Shown one piece after another: positions 29,113 to 37,698 of a stretch of 64,000 nt of DNA. Numbering within the stretch: position 1 is the first letter of the stretch; every line of letters starts with the position of its first letter. The DNA lies in NCBI GenBank assembly GCA_050874385.1, contig JBNMKO010000003.1:5133-69132 (forward strand), read 5' to 3'. This DNA is from Eubacteriales bacterium. GTDB taxonomy: Bacteria > Bacillota > Clostridia > Lachnospirales > Lachnospiraceae. Position numbers and translations under genes: made by a program. The notes below the pieces were generated by a model that had not been told where the DNA came from, made no database searches, and saw nothing but the letters and a program-made list of their open reading frames with translations.

Positions 29113-30027
29113 ATGAAGATTGACAGGCAGTTGGGAATTTTATCAATATTATTACAGAAAGAAAGTGTTACAGCTTCATTTTTGGCGCAAATGTTTGAGG
29201 TGTCCATACGAACCATAAACAGGGATGTTGAGGATTTATGCAAGGCGGGTATACCGATTGTGACAAGACAGGGTGTGGGCGGTGGGATTTCGATTATGGA
29301 CGGTTACAAAATTGACAGGACAATGTTGACACATGCTGAAATGCAGGATATTCTTGCGGGTTTGCGAAGTCTTGACAGTGTAAACGGCACTAATAGATAT
29401 GGGCAGTTGATGGAAAAATTGTCGATAGGTTCTTCTGATTTTCTGGTGGGAAATCAGGCGGTATTGATTGATTTATCCTCGTGGTATAAGGACTCGCTTG
29501 CGCCAAAAATTGAGCTGATAAGAAGTGCTATAGAACAGCATAAGGAACTGAAGTTTCTATATTATGCTCCAAAAGGTGAGTCAGGTCGCACGATTGAGCC
29601 GTATTATCTGATATTTCGATGGTCGAGTTGGTATGTGTGGGGTTGGTGCAAAGACAGGGAAGATTTTCGGCTTTTCAAATTAAATCGCATGGATAATGTT
29701 CATTTATCCGAGAAGATTTTTTCGGAGAGAGAAGCACCTTTGCCAGATTTGGGAGATGAAAAAATATTCCCCGGAGGTATCAAGGTAAAAGCTCTGTTTG
29801 AGGCGGACTGTAAATGGAGACTGGTGGAGGAGTTTGGGGCGGGTTGTTTTAAGGAACGAAAAGATGGAAAACTTCTGTTTCAGGCTGACTATACTGATAA
29901 GGAAAATCTGCTCACATGGCTTTTGACCTTTCGGGATAAGGCAGAGTTGCTTGAGCCAAAGGAATTGAGAGAGGAATTGTGGCAGAGTATTTTGCAAATG
30001 AAAAATAAGTATGATGATGACAAATGA
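29113..30027 (+). CDS. YafY-like transcriptional regulator (HTH plus WYL domain)
   Basis: 304 aa. N-terminal DeoR/HTH_11-like segment (TASFLAQMFEVSIRTINRDVEDL) and a WYL region (RTIEPYYLIFRWSSWYVWGW). Confidence 0.8.
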   Translation: MKIDRQLGILSILLQKESVTASFLAQMFEVSIRTINRDVEDLCKAGIPIVTRQGVGGGISIMDGYKIDRTMLTHAEMQDILAGLRSLDSVNGTNRYGQLMEKLSIGSSDFLVGNQAVLIDLSSWYKDSLAPKIELIRSAIEQHKELKFLYYAPKGESGRTIEPYYLIFRWSSWYVWGWCKDREDFRLFKLNRMDNVHLSEKIFSEREAPLPDLGDEKIFPGGIKVKALFEADCKWRLVEEFGAGCFKERKDGKLLFQADYTDKENLLTWLLTFRDKAELLEPKELREELWQSILQMKNKYDDDK

Positions 30028-30422
30028 GGAGGAAATATGTGGTGAGGTATACTTGGATAGATGATTTTCTTATGGAAAAAGCAGGAGTTACAAAACTTCC
30101 GCCGCAGTGGAATTGGATTCGCTATGCAGTGGGTGGAAAGATGTTTGCCGCGGTGTGTCTTGGACATGACAATAAGCCTGTCTATATAACCTTGAAATTG
30201 GAACCGGAAGAGGGAAGTTTTTTGCGCGGACAGTACGAGGACATTATTCCGGGATACTACATGAATAAACAACATTGGAATTCTATAAATCCGGATGGCA
30301 AGGTCGAAGATGATTTGTTAAAAGATTTGTTGGACAAATCATATAACTTGGTGCTTGGAGGTTTCAGCAAGAAAAGACAAAAAGAAATTTTGGAAAGTGA
30401 AGGTGAGAAAAATGGCATTTGA
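30024..30422 (+). CDS. MmcQ/YjbR family DNA-binding protein
   Basis: 132 aa. KMFAAVCL, YITLKLEPEEG and PGYYMNKQHWNSI blocks. ATGA overlap with the WYL gene. Confidence 0.75.
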   Translation: MRRKYVVRYTWIDDFLMEKAGVTKLPPQWNWIRYAVGGKMFAAVCLGHDNKPVYITLKLEPEEGSFLRGQYEDIIPGYYMNKQHWNSINPDGKVEDDLLKDLLDKSYNLVLGGFSKKRQKEILESEGEKNGI

Positions 30423-31110
30423 TTATAAAAAAGAATATAGACAATTTTATATGCCAAAAAGCAAACCGGAACTCGTGAATATCCCACCGATGAATTATAT
30501 TGCAGTGAGAGGGGAGGGAAATCCGAATGAAGAAAATGGGGCATATCAACAGGCGATAAGTGTATTGTATGCCGTGGCATATACTCTGAAAATGAGTTAT
30601 AAGACGGATTATAAAATTGAAGGATTTTTTGAGTATGTTGTTCCGCCGTTGGAGGGATTTTGGTGGCAGGATATACAACAGACGACTGAGACTGTGGCAC
30701 ATATTATGGCGCAAACTAACACAGTCAGCAGACACAAGAAAACAGCCGGTGTGGACTATAGCAATAAAGATACCTTTCAATGGATTTCTGTTATTCGTCT
30801 GCCTGATTTCATTACTAAAAAAGATTTTGATTGGGCTGTGGAAACTGCCACTAAAAAGAAAAAACTGGATTGTAGTGCGGCAAAATTTATGACAATCGAT
30901 GAGGGCTTGTGTGTTCAGATAATGCACACAGGTTCATTTGATGATGAACCTAAAACAGTGGCTTTGATGGACGAGTACATAGAACAGAATGGCTATGTAA
31001 ATGACATAAATGCAAGCCGTTTGCACCATGAAATTTATTTGTCCGATGCTAGAAAAGTGGCTCCTGAAAAATGGAAAACGGTTATAAGGCATCCGATAAA
31101 AAAGGCGTGA
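30412..31110 (+). CDS. GyrI-like small-molecule-binding domain protein
   Basis: About 232 aa from the ATG at 30412 (MAFDYKKEYRQFYMPKSKPELVNIPPMNYIAVRGEG). Pattern of the GyrI-like/SOUL fold. 11-nt overlap with yjbR. Confidence 0.7.
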   Translation: MAFDYKKEYRQFYMPKSKPELVNIPPMNYIAVRGEGNPNEENGAYQQAISVLYAVAYTLKMSYKTDYKIEGFFEYVVPPLEGFWWQDIQQTTETVAHIMAQTNTVSRHKKTAGVDYSNKDTFQWISVIRLPDFITKKDFDWAVETATKKKKLDCSAAKFMTIDEGLCVQIMHTGSFDDEPKTVALMDEYIEQNGYVNDINASRLHHEIYLSDARKVAPEKWKTVIRHPIKKA

Positions 31111-31352
31111 AAAATTCATCAAAACGCGGACAGGATACTTCGACCTCTTAGGTCGGGAAGAATGTCCGCTTCACAGAAAAAGTATAAATGTTGTCAGCAA
31201 AATAGAAAAGATTTATCGCAACGATATTTAACAAAACCAGTGCAAAAGTGTAAAGAATAGTAGGTGGACATCTGCTGTTCTTTTTTTTATTATAATGTTA
31301 AGAATGGTGGCAAAAGTAAGAAAAATAAGAAAGATTGGAGAGAAGGGAAATT

Positions 31353-31778
31353 ATGTTTAGAGAGAACTTGATTGCGCTTAGAAAGCTGCACAACATATCG
31401 CAGGAGGAACTTGCAGAAAAGGTCGGCGTGAGCAGACAGACAATGTCAAAGTATGAGACAGGGGAGTCCGTTCCGGATATTGATAAAACCAAGGCTATAG
31501 CGGATGTTTTTGGCGTTTCTTTGGATGACTTGGTAAATTTCAATCCGGCGGAAAATGAGGGACTTAAAATTCCGCCAAAGGGCAAGCATATGTTTGGAAT
31601 TGTCAAAGTCGGTGATAAAGGGCAGATTGTAATTCCGGCGCGGGCGAGAAAGATTTTTGACATTCAGCCGGGAGACAACTTGATTGTCCTTGGAGATGAA
31701 GGGCAGGGAATTGCCATCATAAAGGAAAAAGGGCTTATGGATTTGTTAAATATGGCGAGGGAGGAGAACGAAAAATGA
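31353..31778 (+). CDS. XRE-family HTH fused to an AbrB/SpoVT-type domain
   Basis: HTH_3 (LRKLHNISQEELAEKVGVSRQTMSKYETGESVP) plus a swapped-hairpin AbrB-like C-terminus (GIVKVGDKGQIVIPARARKIFDIQPGDNLIV). Confidence 0.8.
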   Translation: MFRENLIALRKLHNISQEELAEKVGVSRQTMSKYETGESVPDIDKTKAIADVFGVSLDDLVNFNPAENEGLKIPPKGKHMFGIVKVGDKGQIVIPARARKIFDIQPGDNLIVLGDEGQGIAIIKEKGLMDLLNMAREENEK

Positions 31779-32518
31779 GTGTGATATTGTCGGTAAGGCA
31801 TCTGAAAAAAGAATATGAAAAATTCACGTTGGATGATATTTCGTTTGAAGTGGAAAGCGGCATGATTATGGGATTGATTGGCCGCAATGGTGCAGGAAAG
31901 ACAACCACGATTAAATCCATTTTGAATTTAATTCATATTTCCGGCGGAGAAATCGTGTATTTTGGAAAAAATTTCAGGGAGAATGAGGCGGAAATCAAGG
32001 AACAGATAGGGTATGCGGGCGGTGCGGTGGACTATTATAAAAAGAAAAAAATCCGTGACATTGTAAGTGTGACAAAAACCTTTTATCAGACATGGGATGA
32101 TGCGCTATACCGCAAATATACAGAGATATTTGAGTTAGATGAGGATAAGACCCCGGCGCAGCTCTCCGAGGGTATGAGAGTAAAATTAAATCTTGCAATC
32201 GCACTGTCACATGGTGCAAAATTGCTTATTTTGGATGAACCGACAAGCGGACTTGACCCGGTGTCAAGAGATGAACTCTTGGAGATATTTAGGTATCTTG
32301 CAAAGGAGGGAGTGGCTATTTTATTTTCCACCCACATCACTTCCGATTTGGATAAATGCGCGGATGCAATCACATATATCAGAAAGGGGAGAATGGAGTT
32401 TTCAGGGCGGATGGATAATTACATACGACAGTGCAGTGAACAAGGAATAGGGACGAATTTGGAGGAGATTATGATTTATTTTGAGAAGGAGGCACTCTAT
32501 GAAAAATTTGATGCGTAA
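31775..32518 (+). CDS. ABC transporter ATP-binding protein
   Basis: Walker A GRNGAGKTT, signature LSEGMRVKL, Walker B LILDEPTSGLD, H-loop STH. Confidence 0.9.
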   Translation: MSVILSVRHLKKEYEKFTLDDISFEVESGMIMGLIGRNGAGKTTTIKSILNLIHISGGEIVYFGKNFRENEAEIKEQIGYAGGAVDYYKKKKIRDIVSVTKTFYQTWDDALYRKYTEIFELDEDKTPAQLSEGMRVKLNLAIALSHGAKLLILDEPTSGLDPVSRDELLEIFRYLAKEGVAILFSTHITSDLDKCADAITYIRKGRMEFSGRMDNYIRQCSEQGIGTNLEEIMIYFEKEALYEKFDA

Positions 32519-33152
32519 AGAGATAAAGCTTTCGGCTTCTCCGATTTCATTTATTTTTATTTTATTTTCTGCTATGGCGATGGTTCCGGGATATCCTATT
32601 CTTGTCGGCGCATTTTTTGTCTGCTTTGGGGTGTTTCAGTCTTTTCAGAATGCGTGTGTGAACAACGATATTTTATACACGGTTTTACTGCCGATAAAAA
32701 AGACGGATGCCGTGAAAGCAAAATATGGATTTACAATTATTATTCAGATGATTAGTTTTGTGATTATGGTTATACTCACAATTCTTCGCATGACGTTGAT
32801 GGCAGATGCAGTTCCATATACCAACAATGCAATGATGAACGCAAACCAATTTTTCTTGGCGGGAAATCTTTTGGTATTTGCGCTGTTTAACTGGTTGTTT
32901 GTCGGTGGATTTTTTAAAACGGCTTACAAATATGGCAGACCATTTTTGATTTTTTCGGCTGCCTCGTTTCTTTTGGTCACGATTGCGGAGACATTGCATC
33001 ATATTCCGGGATTGCAATTTTTGAATAACACAGATACAATGGGAGATGGCAGAATGTGGTTGGTGTTGGCTGCCGCTTTTATTGTGTATATTTTGGTTTC
33101 AGTAATGTCGTGCAAGGCTTCAATAAGAAGGTTTGAGACGGTGGATATGTGA
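32499..33152 (+). CDS. ABC-2-type transporter permease-like membrane protein
   Basis: About 217 aa and about 6 TM. Overlaps the ATPase gene by 20 nt. The ATG at 32499 follows AAGGAGG. Confidence 0.65.
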   Translation: MKNLMRKEIKLSASPISFIFILFSAMAMVPGYPILVGAFFVCFGVFQSFQNACVNNDILYTVLLPIKKTDAVKAKYGFTIIIQMISFVIMVILTILRMTLMADAVPYTNNAMMNANQFFLAGNLLVFALFNWLFVGGFFKTAYKYGRPFLIFSAASFLLVTIAETLHHIPGLQFLNNTDTMGDGRMWLVLAAAFIVYILVSVMSCKASIRRFETVDM

Positions 33153-33187
33153 TATGCACAATGTAATGCGGTATAGCCAAGAAAGTC

Positions 33188-33208
33188 GATTGTGAATATC
33201 TGATTGAT
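33188..33208 (+). repeat. GATTGTGAATAT-N2-GATTGAT motif, copy e
   Basis: About 40 nt upstream of the 33247 gene. A second ATTGTAAAT core lies at 33221-33229. Confidence 0.45.
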
Positions 33209-33246
33209 TTCTGCATTTGTATTGTAAATGAGAAAGGGGAAAGTAC

Positions 33247-34503
33247 ATGACGAAAAAAAGCAAATGCTATGGAATACAGGTAAGGTTTGAAAAACTTGAA
33301 AATACCATCGTGATTTATAATGGAAATTCTTTTGAAATAAATGATTTGGATGTTCAGATATCAGAAGATGCAGTAAAGCGTTTTTACCATATTAATACTA
33401 TTGGCAGCTTTTCGGAATGGAAAGAAAACCAACATGGGAACATTGTGGAAATAAAGCGCAAAGAATTTAATTCCTTTGGGTATTTTGAAGGAAAACCTCA
33501 TGTAATAAATACGGAGCTTTTTGATGAAAATACGGGAGTTTATGAGGGAGAACCTCACCACGCACTGGTGTGGCCTGACACAGATTCGGATGAAAATTGG
33601 AGAAAGCAGCTTACATTTCAGGTGAAAGAAAATGCTGTGGAGGTAAATATCAGTTTTATTGCGCGAGGCCCTAAAATGGCATTTTGTGGGCATAGCTTTA
33701 CAGGTCTATGGGATAGTTCTTATTACTATTTTAGAGAGTTGGCGAAAATGGGAGGTTGGAATGCCAGGCTGTCCTATAGTTACTGGGGAGGAACCGGAAT
33801 TGCACATTATGCTGGACTGGTGGAAGGCTGTAAGGAGAGAGCAGAACAGTGCGAAAAACTTATAAATGGAAATGAGTATTATGATTTTTTTATTGTGGCA
33901 GGAAACAGTAACGAAGCGGTGGATACTTATAGTGGAAAAGTTGGAGCGACAGATTATAGACAAAGACCTCGTATGTTGCAGGGCGCGAAAATCTTACACG
34001 ACAAGATAAAAAGAAAAGCCGGACGAATGTTTTTGTGGGCTCCGCATGCGTATCAATATGGATATTTTCAGGGTATGACACCAAAGCCTTGGAAACAGGG
34101 TGATGTGGGTGACATTTATAGCAGAGACGGACAGGATTTTTTACTGACCATGACGACAGAAATGATGGCAGACGCAAATGTTAAATGGTATCAGCAGATG
34201 GCGAAAGAGCTGGGAAATGATACAGATGTGTTGCCGGTATGTCTGGCATATGCAAAACTCAGGGAAAAGTATGGACTCTCAATAAATCCTTATCTGTCGC
34301 CGGAAAAAGGCGGAGATTATGGACATCAAAATAATATAGGAAACTATATTGCAGCCTGTCTGATATATTCATATGTATTTAACGAAAGTCCTGAAGGCTT
34401 GGGTGTTCCGATATCGCACACATTTGGTATGCCCGGGGGAAAAATTTCGGATGAGCAGGCACAAATTATACAACAGATTTGCTGGAAGGTATATAACATA
34501 TGA
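33247..34503 (+). CDS. hypothetical protein; C-terminal about 270 aa resemble SGNH/DUF4886-type hydrolases
   Basis: FCGHSFTGLWDSSYYYFRELAKMGG..YWGGTGIAHY resembles the GNSFS...GGCSL.H pattern. A DYGH block lies near the C-terminus. The N-terminal about 140 aa are unassigned. Confidence 0.45.
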   Translation: MTKKSKCYGIQVRFEKLENTIVIYNGNSFEINDLDVQISEDAVKRFYHINTIGSFSEWKENQHGNIVEIKRKEFNSFGYFEGKPHVINTELFDENTGVYEGEPHHALVWPDTDSDENWRKQLTFQVKENAVEVNISFIARGPKMAFCGHSFTGLWDSSYYYFRELAKMGGWNARLSYSYWGGTGIAHYAGLVEGCKERAEQCEKLINGNEYYDFFIVAGNSNEAVDTYSGKVGATDYRQRPRMLQGAKILHDKIKRKAGRMFLWAPHAYQYGYFQGMTPKPWKQGDVGDIYSRDGQDFLLTMTTEMMADANVKWYQQMAKELGNDTDVLPVCLAYAKLREKYGLSINPYLSPEKGGDYGHQNNIGNYIAACLIYSYVFNESPEGLGVPISHTFGMPGGKISDEQAQIIQQICWKVYNI

Positions 34504-35057
34504 AAGTTATAATAAATCCGCTTGAGGGTATAGTTATTGAGGATAACTTATCTGGGGCAGTATCACAAGTAACGCTTGCGGTATGCAGGGATGTAAAAAT
34601 CAATTTTGGAATGAGCAAAGATGAAGTATCTGAGATACTTGGCAAAGCTGAGTGTGAGGACGGAAACAGACATTTTTATTTTGACAATGAACTTGCGATT
34701 GATTATGATGAAGCGAACACAGTTGAATTTGTAGAGTTTCTTGGAGGCATAAGCGGAACAGTGTAGCCTGTCATCTATGACGTATCTGTTTTTGAGGGTG
34801 ATGCGGGCGAGCTGTTTGACACTTTAAAGTCCCATAATGCTGGTGAGATTGAGGATAACGAAGATGGTTATTCATACTGCTTTAAAGAAATCAGCATCGG
34901 GCTATACAGACCCTCAACCCCGGAAAGCGTTCAGATGGATATTAAGGAAATGAAGGCTGATGGAGTGGTTGACCAGAATTATATAGATGAAGAGCTGATG
35001 AAAGCTAATCACTGGGCGACCATAGGAGTTGGGGGAGCAGATTATTACAAAAGATAA
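34500..35057 (+). pseudogene. 185-codon reading frame interrupted by one in-frame TAG (34764-34766)
   Basis: The 88-aa ORF (34500-34766) continues in the same frame for a further 96 sense codons (PVIYDVSVFEGDAGELF...GGADYYKR) to TAA at 35055-35057. The ATGA overlaps the upstream gene. Confidence 0.6.
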
Positions 35058-35102
35058 TGAAATATTAATGTTAAGGATTTTTATTTTTCCGTGGGGACCT
35101 TT

Positions 35103-35996
35103 TTAGGGAAGCGGTGTTAACATTTTTTTATATTCTGCCGGTGAACATCCGGCAATCTTTTTAAATACTTTTGAAAAGTAATATGCGTCGTGAAAGCCGC
35201 ACTTAGTGGCAGCCTCGCCGCAGGTATACAGACCTGTGGCGAGGTATTTTTTTGCGTTTTGGATGCGGATGCGGTTGAGGGTTGAGAAGATTGTGTCGCC
35301 TGTTTCCTTTTTGAATACACGGTTGAGATAGTCAAAATTACAGTGAAACATCGTCTCTATTTTTGTGCTGTCAATGTCCTCATTGTAATTGGCAGCAAGG
35401 TAGTGTCTTAGGCTTATGACATATCCGCCTGCGCGTGAGTCTGCGGCGATGGAGTGGGCGAGCTTGCGCCTGTAATTTTGTGAGAGCATACCGATAAGCT
35501 CACACAGCAGACTGCTCATAAGGTATGCGTTGAGTGTCATGTCGTGTATACACTCAAGAAGTTTTGACAGGGTCAGGTTAAACTCAGCCGCAATACCGTT
35601 GACATCAATATGCCCGGTTTTCGGGAAAAAGGGGAGCATAAATGCAGCCTTGTTGTTATTGTTTGCAAGGCTGTTTTTGTTATAATAATTATTATAAATA
35701 TTCTCAATCATATCAACACCGTCAAGCGCAAAGTGAATGTATGTAAAATTGCATGTGGTAGCGCTAAGTCCTTCATGCTCAAACTTAGGGTCAAGCAAAA
35801 TGTAGTCTCCCTCTGTCAGAAGATACTCGCGTTTGTCCTCGCGGATGTGAAGTTCACCGGAATGAATGTAATAAAAAATATATTCCTGTGCCTGTCTCTT
35901 AAAGTGTATGTACGGCGGCTTTATATTGGCGGTGTCACAGAGAGATATCTGCGGAAGTGAGCGGGATGTGATTTTATAAAAAATGTCGTTATTCAT
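35103..35996 (-). CDS. AraC family transcriptional regulator (cupin-type sensor plus HTH_18)
   Basis: C-terminal AraC HTH (GEAATKCGFHDAYYFSKVFKKIAGCSPAEYKK). The ATG at 35996 (MNNDIFYK) is more plausible than the listed upstream TTG extension. Confidence 0.85.
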   Translation of the reverse strand: MNNDIFYKITSRSLPQISLCDTANIKPPYIHFKRQAQEYIFYYIHSGELHIREDKREYLLTEGDYILLDPKFEHEGLSATTCNFTYIHFALDGVDMIENIYNNYYNKNSLANNNNKAAFMLPFFPKTGHIDVNGIAAEFNLTLSKLLECIHDMTLNAYLMSSLLCELIGMLSQNYRRKLAHSIAADSRAGGYVISLRHYLAANYNEDIDSTKIETMFHCNFDYLNRVFKKETGDTIFSTLNRIRIQNAKKYLATGLYTCGEAATKCGFHDAYYFSKVFKKIAGCSPAEYKKMLTPLP

Positions 35997-36219
35997 AATA
36001 AAAACTCCTAAGAAAAACAATGTCAAGCCTGAAAATGAAAGCGTTAAATTACAATATAATAATATGATTTTATGGGACAAAATGCAATATAAAGTCGCTA
36101 AAATACAAAAAATAAGTCACTATTATATATTTTGTTTTATTTTGTTTGGATGTATTATAAACAAGGCTTAAAGCTAAATACAATATGCACAGATATAAAA
36201 ATGAAAAGAGGAATTTCAC

Positions 36220-37554
36220 ATGAAGGATATGACAAAGGGAAAACCGTTAAAGCTGATTATTGGTTTTGCTATACCTATGCTTATAGGTAATATTTTTCAG
36301 CAGGTGTACAATGTCGCGGACACGATGATTGTCGGGCGTTATCTGGGTGAAAATGCGCTCGCCGGGGTTGGAAGTACTGGTACACTGACATATTTTCTGC
36401 TCGCACTGGTCAGCGGAATGTGCAACGGGGCAGGGCTTGTGATAGCGCAGTGTTTTGGATGTGGCAACAAGGAGAGACTTTCTAGAGTTGTGACGGCGCT
36501 TATATGGGTTGCGGGAGCGTTGACATGTGTTGTGGCTGTGATAGGAATGTTTTTCTCCGAATTTTTTCTGCGCCTGTTAAGTGTGCCGGATGATGTTATA
36601 GGGTATTCGGTTGAGTATCTTCATATAATATATACTTTTGTCTTTGGAAGTGTTCTGTATAATGGGTGCGGCGCGATACTCAACAGTGTCGGAGACTCCA
36701 AGACACCACTCCGCGCGGTTATAGCTTCGTCCCTTGTAAATATAGCGCTTGATTTGTTTTTCATTGTAAAATGTAATCTCGGCGTGGCGGGCGCGGCTTA
36801 TGCAACAATCGCCGCACAGTGTGTTTCAGCGGCTATATGTCTTGTGAAAATTGTAAATATAAGGGCTGAGATTGGACTTGTACACATGAAGAGAAAGCCT
36901 GAAAAGGAGTATATAAAGCTCATTGTCAGAACGGGATTTCCGGCGGCATTCCAGTCATGTATGATATCGCTTGGGGGAATGAGTGTGCAGAGACTTGTCA
37001 ATTCCTTTGGCTCGTCGGTAATGGCGGCTTATGTAGCAGCCAACCGAGTGGACAGCGTTGCAATTCAGGTAATCGTTTCAATCGGAAATGCGCTCTCGGT
37101 ATTTACCGGGCAGAATATAGGACAGAACAGGTACGACAGAATTAAGGAGGCACTTTATAAGACGCTCGCCGTCATGGTTGCGGCAAGTGCTTTTATCGCG
37201 GCGGCGGTTCTCGTATTCAGAGTACAGCTTATGACATTGTTCCTAGATGCCAATGAGTCGGGAAAAGCTATTGAGATTGGGTGTACATATCTGACAATCA
37301 TCGGCGTGGCCTATGTGATAGCCGGAATTATGCAGAGCTACCAGAATGTGATAAGAGGAGCAGGCGATGTCAACACATGTATGGTTGCAGGTCTTACGGA
37401 GCTTTCGGGAAGAATTGTGTTCGCATATCTTTTGTCGGGAATACTCGGTGTCACCGGAATATGGATTGCAACACCACTATCATGGAGCTGTGGCTGTATA
37501 ATACCAGTTATCAGATATTATTCGGGAAAATGGAAAAATAAAAAACTGGCATAA
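36220..37554 (+). CDS. MATE family efflux transporter
   Basis: 444 aa and 12 TM. N-terminal MATE signature (PMLIGNIFQQVYNVADTMIVGRYLGENALAGVG). Confidence 0.9.
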   Translation: MKDMTKGKPLKLIIGFAIPMLIGNIFQQVYNVADTMIVGRYLGENALAGVGSTGTLTYFLLALVSGMCNGAGLVIAQCFGCGNKERLSRVVTALIWVAGALTCVVAVIGMFFSEFFLRLLSVPDDVIGYSVEYLHIIYTFVFGSVLYNGCGAILNSVGDSKTPLRAVIASSLVNIALDLFFIVKCNLGVAGAAYATIAAQCVSAAICLVKIVNIRAEIGLVHMKRKPEKEYIKLIVRTGFPAAFQSCMISLGGMSVQRLVNSFGSSVMAAYVAANRVDSVAIQVIVSIGNALSVFTGQNIGQNRYDRIKEALYKTLAVMVAASAFIAAAVLVFRVQLMTLFLDANESGKAIEIGCTYLTIIGVAYVIAGIMQSYQNVIRGAGDVNTCMVAGLTELSGRIVFAYLLSGILGVTGIWIATPLSWSCGCIIPVIRYYSGKWKNKKLA

Positions 37555-37623
37555 CCGTAAGAAGATTAATTTTAAACGTGTATCAGAAGAATATGCAAAG
37601 ACACACAATGACAATGGCACCCA

Positions 37624-37652
37624 TTGACATCTTGCATTAATCGTATTAAAAT
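37624..37652 (+). promoter_or_regulatory. candidate sigma-70 promoter for argS
   Basis: -35 TTGACA (37624-29), 17-nt spacer, -10 TAAAAT (37647-52). Confidence 0.5.
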
Positions 37653-37698
37653 GATGAATAATTGACCATAAACATGTATCATAAGAGAAAGGGATAAA

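Noticed and set aside
34764-34766. Programmed recoding (pyrrolysine or genetic-code reassignment) at the in-frame TAG.
   Set aside because: TAG terminates well-supported genes in this window (RR at 7640-7642, carB at 24343-24345). No pyl genes or PYLIS-like context is visible, so a nonsense mutation is the simpler explanation.
37555-37698. Looked for a T-box or other riboswitch leader upstream of argS.
   Set aside because: The leader is only about 45 nt downstream of the candidate promoter. There is no AGAGA/specifier stem, no T-box sequence and no terminator.
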